A stretch of DNA of 49,616 nucleotides from the IMG/VR virus record IMGVR_UViG_3300045988_013611; one strand, 5' to 3'. The translations under genes and the position numbers were made by a program. The notes under the pieces were generated by a model. It was given only the letters and a program-made list of their open reading frames with translations, was not told the origin of the DNA and did not search any database. This stretch comes from a virus. Shown here one piece after another: positions 25,822-33,033 of the stretch (its first letter is position 1; each line of letters begins with the position of its first letter).

Positions 25822-26678
25822 TTTGCGGTCACCACCGTATCAGCGCCCTGTACAGTCACCCAGCCATGCTTGAGACGCGCCTCTGCTTCCTTCATCTGGA
25901 TTAGCTCCGGCGTAATGGATTCCGCAATGGTCTTGTTGGCTTTTGCCTCAGCTTCCGCCTCAATGATCTTTACAGCAGCCTCAGATTCAGCGATAACGCG
26001 ATTTGTTTCTGCCTGCGCTTCCGCCGTCTGTTTGGCAAGTTCTGCGATCTCTGCATCCTGCTTGGCCTGCTCTTTTGCCCGTACTTTTTCCTGCAACGCG
26101 GAATCCAGTTCCACGTCAATAATCAAAGCGCTGGACACGTTGATACCATACTCAGTACTGAGCTTCTCATTCAGGTAGTCGGTAATAGCCTTGTTCACCT
26201 CCGATTTTTTGTCGGAATAGATGTCCATAACAGAGAATCTGGGGGTAACTTCCTTCACATAGGCGATAATGCTGTTCTGCACGCGACCCTCTACAATGGC
26301 CTCTCCGTCCATGCCATTAAATTTCTCGTACAGGCTCACCACGCGGTCAGGCAGGAAATTGTAGTTGACCGTCAGGTTAATGCCCACCATGCCGCCGTTG
26401 GCAGGGGCATCAATATGCCAATCTGCATGTTCGTCTGTGTTGTAGTCAGATGGATCGTCGGAAAAAACAATCTGCTGCTGACTAACGGGAAACTGCTTGA
26501 CGTGCTTCAAGGGTGATAGCCAATGCCAGCCCTGCGTCAGCGTGTTTTGCTCCACGCCCTTTGCGGAATACACAACGCCCACATAGCCCACTTTTATTCT
26601 TGTCAGGCAGATGATGCAGAAAACAGCAACAACAACCGCCAGCACGGCGGAAACAGCAATAGCGATACCTTTTTTCAT
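25818..26678 (-). CDS. SPFH/band-7 (prohibitin-like) membrane protein
   Basis: 286 aa. N-terminal TM helix, SPFH-like core, and a C-terminal AEAQ/EAEA coiled coil. Confidence 0.7.
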   Translation of the reverse strand: MKKGIAIAVSAVLAVVVAVFCIICLTRIKVGYVGVVYSAKGVEQNTLTQGWHWLSPLKHVKQFPVSQQQIVFSDDPSDYNTDEHADWHIDAPANGGMVGINLTVNYNFLPDRVVSLYEKFNGMDGEAIVEGRVQNSIIAYVKEVTPRFSVMDIYSDKKSEVNKAITDYLNEKLSTEYGINVSSALIIDVELDSALQEKVRAKEQAKQDAEIAELAKQTAEAQAETNRVIAESEAAVKIIEAEAEAKANKTIAESITPELIQMKEAEARLKHGWVTVQGADTVVTAK

Positions 26679-26761
26679 GACTTTTTACCTCCAAAAATGT
26701 TATAAATTACGACAAACGATACGCCAAATACAATGATGAATAGTGTGATAATCTCTTTCAT
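26675..26761 (-). CDS. 28-aa hydrophobic micro-protein
   Basis: Translation MKEIITLFIIVFGVSFVVIYNIFGGKKS. ATGA overlap with the SPFH gene start. Confidence 0.35.
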   Translation of the reverse strand: MKEIITLFIIVFGVSFVVIYNIFGGKKS

Positions 26762-26991
26762 CTTTTTCCCTCCGGCGTACTTAACGCCGCCAGATTAAAC
26801 CGCAGCCCCTCATTGGCCTGCCGCAGCGCTTCTATCTCCCGCTGCTGGTTCTCGATCAGGTCAGCGGCGGCAAACTGCAATTCACTTTCGCAATCATCGC
26901 CCGCCGCAGGGCACTCTGTACAGTGTTTGCAAGAATCTTCACCGTTAAATGCACAGCACCGCAGCGCGGTCACGATCTCGTCTCTTGTCAT
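26758..26991 (-). CDS. Hypothetical Cys-rich protein
   Basis: Start moved to ATG 26991 with RBS GAGGAGGAA. Confidence 0.5.
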   Translation of the reverse strand: MTRDEIVTALRCCAFNGEDSCKHCTECPAAGDDCESELQFAAADLIENQQREIEALRQANEGLRFNLAALSTPEGKR

Positions 26992-26992
26992 G

Positions 26993-27493
26993 TCATTCCT
27001 CCTCGCCAAATTTCATGAAACACCCCCAAAATGTCTGTGATTTCTTCCCGCTGTGGTGTCCAAACAGAGGACGTTCTCCGATTGCCGCCCACACATCTGC
27101 GGCGGGTATCTGAGTTTCAGCCCATTTGAAAATCAGTACGCCGTCAGGCTTCAATACGCGCATACACTCTTGAAATCCGTCATGCAGCATTTCGCGCCAG
27201 TTCTCGCCGAGCTGTCCGTACTTCTTCCGCATCCACGCATTTTCTCCAACGCGGCGCAAATGCGGTGGGTCAAAAACAACAAGAGAAAATGTGTTGTCCG
27301 AAAACGGCAGATCCGTAAAATCACACTGTATGTCTGGATGCACGACGCAGGTTCGTTCTGAATCGCGGTTTGTGCTTTTCCAAATACCCGTATATTCCTC
27401 GTCCCGAGCATCGCAGTAGATTGCGGCAGGATGGCTTTTGTTAAACCATATCGTCCGAGATCCGCAGGTGGCATCAAGAATTTTCTTTGTCAT
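26993..27493 (-). CDS. Small SAM-dependent DNA methyltransferase (DPPH type)
   Basis: 166 aa. ILDATCGSRT (motif I-like) and VVFDPPH (motif IV-like). Confidence 0.65.
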   Translation of the reverse strand: MTKKILDATCGSRTIWFNKSHPAAIYCDARDEEYTGIWKSTNRDSERTCVVHPDIQCDFTDLPFSDNTFSLVVFDPPHLRRVGENAWMRKKYGQLGENWREMLHDGFQECMRVLKPDGVLIFKWAETQIPAADVWAAIGERPLFGHHSGKKSQTFWGCFMKFGEEE

Positions 27494-27494
27494 G

Positions 27495-28094
27495 TCATTC
27501 CTCCCCAAACCATTTTTTCGTCACCGCGATGGGAAATGGCTCGATCTCGCTTGCCCAGCGCGCCGTACCTTTCCCGTGTATGCGCTCAAGTTGTTTAATT
27601 TCTGTCTCAAGGTCATGTATTCTTTGCAGTAGGGCTACGTCAACCATTTCTTTAGTAACCGCATTATGTATGGCTCGATTATGATGGACAACCTCGCTCC
27701 GGCTGTCCCGTTGGCCAAACCACCTCAAAGGTCTGCCTATCATCTCTTCTGCAATCAAGTCGTGTTCCCGAACGTAACCGTTTGACCTTGCCTTGTGATG
27801 TCCCGGAATGTAAAGGCATTTATACCCATTTTCAATTCTTACTCCGCCTTTCCAGTAAGCATTATTCTCGCGGGTTTGCTCTCTTTTCGCCGCCGAGCGC
27901 GCCTTAATGCCGTGCCTTCTCATAAAGTTAAAAACGATTTTTTGCGTTGTATGTAACTCTGCGGCTATTTCCATCTGAGTCATGCCTCGTTCATACATTG
28001 CTTCCACGGCATTTAAATCTAATTTTGTCCCCCGGTTTTTCTGAGCCTCAATCCAAGCCGGATCGGCGCATCTTTTCTTTGCGCTTTCAGACAT
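27495..28094 (-). CDS. HNH homing endonuclease (HTH plus HNH_3-like), with a C-terminal 19-22 aa copy of the upstream methyltransferase segment
   Basis: GYVREHDLIAEEMIGRPL...EVVHHN. Probable start ATG 28094 (RBS AAGGAAA), overlapping the stop of the upstream gene. AT-rich. Confidence 0.7.
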   Translation of the reverse strand: MSESAKKRCADPAWIEAQKNRGTKLDLNAVEAMYERGMTQMEIAAELHTTQKIVFNFMRRHGIKARSAAKREQTRENNAYWKGGVRIENGYKCLYIPGHHKARSNGYVREHDLIAEEMIGRPLRWFGQRDSRSEVVHHNRAIHNAVTKEMVDVALLQRIHDLETEIKQLERIHGKGTARWASEIEPFPIAVTKKWFGEE

Positions 28095-29862
28095 TTTCCT
28101 TATTGTTTCTTCCGAAAAACTTTTCAAAGTCTCCCTCCTTCCCCACTTCTTCATCGCCGAAATGCTTTTTGGTCACGGCAATGGGGAATTGCTCAATTTC
28201 AGAACTCCACCGGCAGCACTCTGCTCCGTATATTCTCGCCCAGCAGACATTAAACCCCGAAATGCCGTCGAACAAGCTCCCCAGCGTCGCGCCCTCCGGC
28301 AAATACCGCGCCATGCGCCGTAGCATCCAGTCCCAGAATGGCAGGGCGATGGAGTTACCCAGCGCCTTGTACTTCGGGCTGTCCGCGTCCTTGTGTTTCT
28401 TGCCCTTCTCATCCGTCCAGTCGCCAATGTCCACCCATCCGTCCGGGTATCCCTGCAAGCGGGTACATTCCAACGGCGTCAATCGGCGCACCACCATTTT
28501 CTGCACCGGGTATGTCTCCGCGTCCTCCCGGTACGCACAGTTCGCCTTTGCCCGAAGCGTGTGCGCCACGTCCGGTGTTGCCCCGCACACCAGCATATCG
28601 TTGTATGCGTCCTGCCCGTTGTAGCTCCCTGCATGAGCGCCGGGGGAGAGCGTACCCGTCACATCTTGGTATGTCAGAGGCACTTGATTGCCACCTGTCC
28701 ACATTCGAGCCTGCAACGCAGGGACCTGCTCTCCGCACTCGCGGATGACGTCACAGGCGTGTGTCATGTCCAGCGCCACCACCGCCGGGGTTTGGTTCGT
28801 CCCGCTGGGCGCAGCCGCCAGCGTGGGCGACACTTCCTCACCGTACCCGATGCCGGCCGCCTGTGCGCCCTGTCCGGCCTTAAAACCGGCACACAGTACG
28901 GCCTCGCGGTTCAGACCACTGTTTTCACGGGAACTGAGCGTAGGTGAAACGCCGTTACCATCGTACACGCGCTGGCTCTGTGCGTCCCAAGGTGTCATGC
29001 ACATTACCCCGTGGCGGTCGCCAGCGGTCAGTGTAGGGGACGGGTCGCCCTCTTTTCCGATGCCAAGACCGTTGCCGCTGCCGTCATGATTGCGGCTCTC
29101 TCCGCCGCCCTGCCATCTGGTGGCTTTGTCGTTGATGGGGATAGCCACAAATATGGCAGGATTGTTCACACCACCGCCAACACCGCCTTGCAGTGTGGGA
29201 GATTTTCCGTTTGTGTCAAAAATGCGCTTGCTTTGGCAATCCCAAGCCGTCATGCAGTCCCCGACTGCCGGATTAAAACCGCTTTCAGCCGCTCCGGCAG
29301 GTTCTTCCCCCGACGCTCCGCTCTCCGCAATATCCCCTGGCAGGCTTTCGCCGTCAAATTGTATTTCGGATGCGGTGTCTCCTCCAAAATCTGCGACAAC
29401 CGAGATACGACGACGGCGTTGGGGCACTCCCCAGTATTGCGCGTCGTGAGTTCGCCACACCACGCTCCATCGTCCTCCCACTTCATCGTGATAGCCCCCC
29501 CAACTTGGCCAGCCTTTTTCAGGCACTTCAATACCGGGGGCTTCCGGCTCGACGATTTTGATGATCTCTTCGAGCACGGCTGCGAAGTCTTTTCCTTTGT
29601 TGCTACTAAAGGCGCCGACCACGTTTTCCCACACGAGATACCGAGGTCTGACCATGTCACCTGTCCGTCCATTCCGTTTGTCCTCCGCTCTCATTTCTTT
29701 TACGATGCGCACCTGCTCCATAAACAGGCCGCTTCGCGCTCCCGCCAAACCGGCGCGTTTCCCGGCGATGGATAAATCCTGACAGGGGCTACCGCCGGTG
29801 ATGCACCACACTGGCTCGATCTCCGCACCGTTTATCTTGCAGATGTCTCCCAAATGAACCAT
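28087..29862 (-). CDS. DNA cytosine-5 methyltransferase with circularly permuted motif order and an expanded multi-TRD region
   Basis: HLGDI (III), GGSPCQ (IV), LVWENV (VI), QRRRR (VIII), RLQGYPDGW (IX), LGNSIALP (X), then LFDGISGF (I, 28252-28272) and SEIE (II) at the C-terminus. Confidence 0.8.
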   Translation of the reverse strand: MVHLGDICKINGAEIEPVWCITGGSPCQDLSIAGKRAGLAGARSGLFMEQVRIVKEMRAEDKRNGRTGDMVRPRYLVWENVVGAFSSNKGKDFAAVLEEIIKIVEPEAPGIEVPEKGWPSWGGYHDEVGGRWSVVWRTHDAQYWGVPQRRRRISVVADFGGDTASEIQFDGESLPGDIAESGASGEEPAGAAESGFNPAVGDCMTAWDCQSKRIFDTNGKSPTLQGGVGGGVNNPAIFVAIPINDKATRWQGGGESRNHDGSGNGLGIGKEGDPSPTLTAGDRHGVMCMTPWDAQSQRVYDGNGVSPTLSSRENSGLNREAVLCAGFKAGQGAQAAGIGYGEEVSPTLAAAPSGTNQTPAVVALDMTHACDVIRECGEQVPALQARMWTGGNQVPLTYQDVTGTLSPGAHAGSYNGQDAYNDMLVCGATPDVAHTLRAKANCAYREDAETYPVQKMVVRRLTPLECTRLQGYPDGWVDIGDWTDEKGKKHKDADSPKYKALGNSIALPFWDWMLRRMARYLPEGATLGSLFDGISGFNVCWARIYGAECCRWSSEIEQFPIAVTKKHFGDEEVGKEGDFEKFFGRNNKENV

Positions 29863-29865
29863 GTC

Positions 29866-30141
29866 TCAATCTCCAAACACCACGCCGCACTCGTCCTTCA
29901 GCACATCCTTGATGTGCTTGCGCTTGATACGGCCCTCGTTGATCTCCTCCGCCAGCTTCTCCAGGCACTCGTACAGGTACGCGATGCTCTGCGTGTCCCG
30001 GCTGTCCGCTGTCTCCTCTTGGACGTGCCAGCCGCACTTGTCCATCAGCACCATCGCCACCATGTCCATGTTTTCCTGCGTACCCTTCAATCGGCCTTGC
30101 ATGACCAGCCGTTCATCGCGGGACAGATGTTGCTTGCCCAT
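29866..30141 (-). CDS. Hypothetical protein (91 aa), paralogous at its N-terminus to 31009-31161
   Basis: Start moved to ATG 30141 with a TGATG overlap. N-terminus MGKQHLSRDERLVMQGRLKGTQE. Confidence 0.55.
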   Translation of the reverse strand: MGKQHLSRDERLVMQGRLKGTQENMDMVAMVLMDKCGWHVQEETADSRDTQSIAYLYECLEKLAEEINEGRIKRKHIKDVLKDECGVVFGD

Positions 30142-30995
30142 CATTCGGCCTCCACCGGTTTGCCATCTACCAGTTTGTACCAGGTGTCTGCCTTGATGTC
30201 CTCGCCATCTACGACAAAAGCTTTCCACTCTTTGATGTCCCAATTGTCCGCGTTTTCCTCACAGATCACCAGCACAGCACCAAGACCGCCTTTAATCTTC
30301 ACATCGTTACCGCGAACAAGGCCGCATCCGTTTTTGCCAACAGAAACAGATCCTTTTGCGGTGGCTGCGCCGCTATCGCCTGCGGTGGCTGCGCCGCTAT
30401 CGCCTGCGGTGGCTGCGCCGCTATCGCCTGCGGTGGCTGCGCCGCGATAGCCTGCGGTGGCTGCGCCGCTATCGCCTGCGGTGGCTGCGCCGCGATCGCC
30501 TGCGGTGGCTGCGCCGCTATCGCCTGCGGTGGCTGCGCCGAGATAGCCTGCGGTGGCTGCGCCGCGATAGCCTGCGGTGGCTGCGCCGCTATCGCCTGCG
30601 GTGGCTGCGCCGCTATCGCCTGCGGTGGCTGCGCCGCGATAGCCTGCGGTGGCTGCTTTCTGGTCGGTATGTTCCATTGTGGTATGCGCCTTGACGTACT
30701 CAACGTGAGCCTTTACCAGACCGGGAATACCGATCTCCGCGCCCACCGTAAGCTTCTTGGCAACGCGCTTGCTATCATCTTCGCGTTCGTCGCTCACGCC
30801 GTCCATTTCCACTTCGCAATACCGGCTTCCTTCGCCGGGCGCGTAATAACTGAGCACATCCAACGGCGCTTCACAAGCGTGCAAGCCCTGATTGCACAGT
30901 TTCACTTTGTCAACTTCCTGCGTGCCGCCGATCTCATACTGCAAACCTCTGCACTGCAAATTCTTGTCGAAACCCTTGTAAGCTTTCATTCTCAT
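30141..30995 (-). CDS. Phage protein with a conserved N-terminal domain (KAYKGF..L.CRG.QY...GLHAC..PLDVLSYY) and 12 octapeptide repeats
   Basis: 284 aa. The repeat is AATAG(D/Y)(S/R/L)G. I recognise the N-terminal domain as a recurrent phage DUF but do not assert its number. Confidence 0.65.
   Translation of the reverse strand: MRMKAYKGFDKNLQCRGLQYEIGGTQEVDKVKLCNQGLHACEAPLDVLSYYAPGEGSRYCEVEMDGVSDEREDDSKRVAKKLTVGAEIGIPGLVKAHVEYVKAHTTMEHTDQKAATAGYRGAATAGDSGAATAGDSGAATAGYRGAATAGYLGAATAGDSGAATAGDRGAATAGDSGAATAGYRGAATAGDSGAATAGDSGAATAGDSGAATAKGSVSVGKNGCGLVRGNDVKIKGGLGAVLVICEENADNWDIKEWKAFVVDGEDIKADTWYKLVDGKPVEAE
30358..30656 (-). repeat. Tandem 24-bp repeat, 12 full units plus an 11-nt partial unit (coding)
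   Basis: The plus-strand unit is GCGGTGGCTGCGCCGCTATCGCCT. As read by eye, variation is confined to 3 nucleotide positions within two codons. Confidence 0.95.
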
Positions 30996-31008
30996 TCTCC
31001 TGTTGTCA

Positions 31009-31161
31009 TTATCTTTTTACCGAAATTTCTGTAATGGCGTAGCCATATTTTGCATGAAACATTTTCGCCTTAATGGCATACTTGTCCATGCATTCCTGCG
31101 TACCTTTCAGGCGGTCTTGCCGTATCAGCCGCTCATCGCGGGATAGGTGCTGCTTACCCAT
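31009..31161 (-). CDS. 50-aa protein sharing its first ~23 aa with 29866-30141
   Basis: Not in the track. N-terminus MGKQHLSRDERLIRQDRLKGTQE... The ATG at 31161 overlaps the upstream gene end. Confidence 0.45.
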   Translation of the reverse strand: MGKQHLSRDERLIRQDRLKGTQECMDKYAIKAKMFHAKYGYAITEISVKR

Positions 31162-31387
31162 TTTCTCGCCCCCTTGCCATCAGTCCTGCCCTGTTCATGG
31201 TGTACCTCCGCAGCTTGGTCATGCTCTGTTTCCGCCCGCAGCGCTCACACACGCCGCTCTCCCAGCGATCCTTCACTGGGTCGCGCCGCTGTTCGCGGGT
31301 GGGCTGGATAATATACTCGTGGATCATGTCTATCTGGCAGGCCCAGCAAAGCCTCGCCGTCTCCACTTTCCATATCCCGTTTTTCAT
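31154..31387 (-). CDS. Hypothetical zinc-binding protein
   Basis: 77 aa. CWAC...CERCG motif. Confidence 0.5.
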   Translation of the reverse strand: MKNGIWKVETARLCWACQIDMIHEYIIQPTREQRRDPVKDRWESGVCERCGRKQSMTKLRRYTMNRAGLMARGRENG

Positions 31388-31770
31388 GGTTCCACCTCCG
31401 TGACCGTCACGCGTATGTAGGGCTTGTCGTGGAAATAGTGCTCAATGCCCCTCACCCACCGGCGGCTGTCGTCGTGGAGCAGAATGCCCTTCATGCCGTC
31501 CTCGATCAGCTTCGCCATGTAAGCGTGGTTGGAGCAATCCAAGCGGTCATTCCACTGGAAGGTCAGCACCACAGGCTTGTCGAACGGCCTTTTCCGGATA
31601 TGGGCGGCGTTGATGGCGCTTACCGTCAGCGTGTGCCACAGCCCCACGTCGTCCCGCCGCTTTGACCAGTGCTTTCCCGCATAGATGGCGTTCAGCCCAT
31701 ATGCCTTGTTCCACGCCTTCTTTCCGGCGTCGGTGTCCGGATAGCGGATGATGAATGATTCTCTGCTCAT
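31384..31770 (-). CDS. RusA-like Holliday junction resolvase (tentative)
   Basis: Start moved to ATG 31770 with an ATGA overlap. NAIYAGKHWSKRRDD...LTFQWNDRLDCSNH..KLIEDGM..LLHDD pattern. Confidence 0.45.
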   Translation of the reverse strand: MSRESFIIRYPDTDAGKKAWNKAYGLNAIYAGKHWSKRRDDVGLWHTLTVSAINAAHIRKRPFDKPVVLTFQWNDRLDCSNHAYMAKLIEDGMKGILLHDDSRRWVRGIEHYFHDKPYIRVTVTEVEP

Positions 31771-32132
31771 GTCCTGCCCTCCAGCGCCTTTTTCGCCTCG
31801 CCCCAGGTGATTCCATGTTCCGAAGCATACCGGGTGATGGGATGGGGCGTGTGGGGCGGCATTTTCTCCAGCAGCGCGTCGATCCAGTCCGGCCCGGAAT
31901 TCTCCGGCTCCGAGATCTCCGGCGTCAAACCTGCCGTCAGGTTCGCCACATCCGGAAAAAAGTTCCCTTTCGGCGACCGGGCATAGGCGATGATCTTCTC
32001 CCGCACGCCGCCCTGATAGGGGTACGGCTTCAGCGCCAGCCACCACGCCGCCTTCCGGCTGTCCGACACGGTTTCCCTGGGCCAGAACAGCCCCAGCGCC
32101 GTGAAAACCTGTTCAAATTCTTCTTTCGTCAT
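31767..32132 (-). CDS. Hypothetical replication-module protein (weak G39P-loader-like pattern)
   Basis: Start moved to ATG 32132 with RBS GGAGAAGGAGAG. The track extension covers the G5/C5 tract region. Confidence 0.35.
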   Translation of the reverse strand: MTKEEFEQVFTALGLFWPRETVSDSRKAAWWLALKPYPYQGGVREKIIAYARSPKGNFFPDVANLTAGLTPEISEPENSGPDWIDALLEKMPPHTPHPITRYASEHGITWGEAKKALEGRT

Positions 32133-32203
32133 GTTCTCTCCTTCTCCCGTACTCTGTATCCCCCAACCCACAAGAAGAAATCTCTCCTGTTGTGGGTGTG
32201 TCA

Positions 32204-32260
32204 GGGGGATATAGGGGGATAGATAGGGGGTGTGGGGGAAAGGAAGGGGGACAAAGGGGG
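32204..32260 (+). repeat. Six phased G5 tracts (starts at 32204, 32214, 32226, 32234, 32246, 32256)
   Basis: Read directly from the sequence. Spacings are 10, 12, 8, 12 and 10 nt. The tracts lie in the intergenic gap between ssb and the downstream gene. Confidence 0.95.
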
Positions 32261-32366
32261 ATTTTCGCCAGCGCCGCCGTCGTGCGCTGGCTCGATCCCG
32301 GCCAGCCGTCACGGTTCGCGCCCACGATACGCCCCGCTGTGTTGTTCCCTTCCTCCCGCATTTGCC

Positions 32367-32813
32367 TCAAAACGGAAAATCTTCTTCGTCGTCTATCTCG
32401 GCAAACTCTCCTTCGTCCGGCTCCACGTCCACGGCCTTGCCTGCCGCCTTGTAGCCGCCAACAGGAGCGCCTCCATAGTCGCCGCCGTACTCCTTCTTGC
32501 TGTCACCGAAATACACGTTGTCAGCAATGACCTCTGCGCTGCGGCGCTTGTTGCCGTCCTTGTCCTGCCAGTCGCGGATCTGCAGACGCCCCTCTACCAC
32601 GGCCATGCGGCCCTTGGTAAAGTATTTGGAGACAAACTCAGCGGTGCTGCGCCATGCCACCACGTCGATGAAATCCGTCTCCTTGGTGCCGTCAGCGTTC
32701 TTATAGTCCCGGTCGACCGCCAGCGCGAACCCGGCCACCGCCGTACCGTTCTGAGTCCGCCGCAGCTCCGGATCACGGGTCAGGCGACCCATGATGAAAA
32801 TCTTGTTCAGCAT
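32367..32813 (-). CDS. ssb: Single-stranded DNA-binding protein
   Basis: 148 aa. N-terminal OB-fold signature MLNKIFIMGRLTRDPELR and an acidic tail ending in DDEEDFPF. Confidence 0.9.
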   Translation of the reverse strand: MLNKIFIMGRLTRDPELRRTQNGTAVAGFALAVDRDYKNADGTKETDFIDVVAWRSTAEFVSKYFTKGRMAVVEGRLQIRDWQDKDGNKRRSAEVIADNVYFGDSKKEYGGDYGGAPVGGYKAAGKAVDVEPDEGEFAEIDDEEDFPF

Positions 32814-33025
32814 TTTTTCTCCTCCAATCTGTATTCAGCGAAGCTCACGCTCTCGCCGAACCTGTTTTTCTCTGATACCATCCGCTTCCGGATGGCGTGG
32901 CCCGCTTTCTTCAGATCCCATATCCGAGCCCCCAGCCGGTAGCAGCCAAACTCGCGGGCGGCGTCCAGCTGTGTAATGGGGCCAATATCCCGCATATACC
33001 GCAGGATTCGTTCACACTGTGTCAT
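32807..33025 (-). CDS. Winged-helix DNA-binding protein
   Basis: Start moved to ATG 33025 with RBS TAGGAGG. MTQCERILRYMRDIGPITQLDAAREFGCYRLGARIWDLKKAGH. Confidence 0.55.
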   Translation of the reverse strand: MTQCERILRYMRDIGPITQLDAAREFGCYRLGARIWDLKKAGHAIRKRMVSEKNRFGESVSFAEYRLEEKKC

Positions 33026-33033
33026 AGGGCCTC

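Noticed and set aside
30358-30656. The tandem 24-bp repeat read as a CRISPR array or minisatellite
   Set aside because: There are no spacers and the units are contiguous. The repeat is in frame within a 284-aa ORF and encodes an octapeptide repeat. No cas genes are present.
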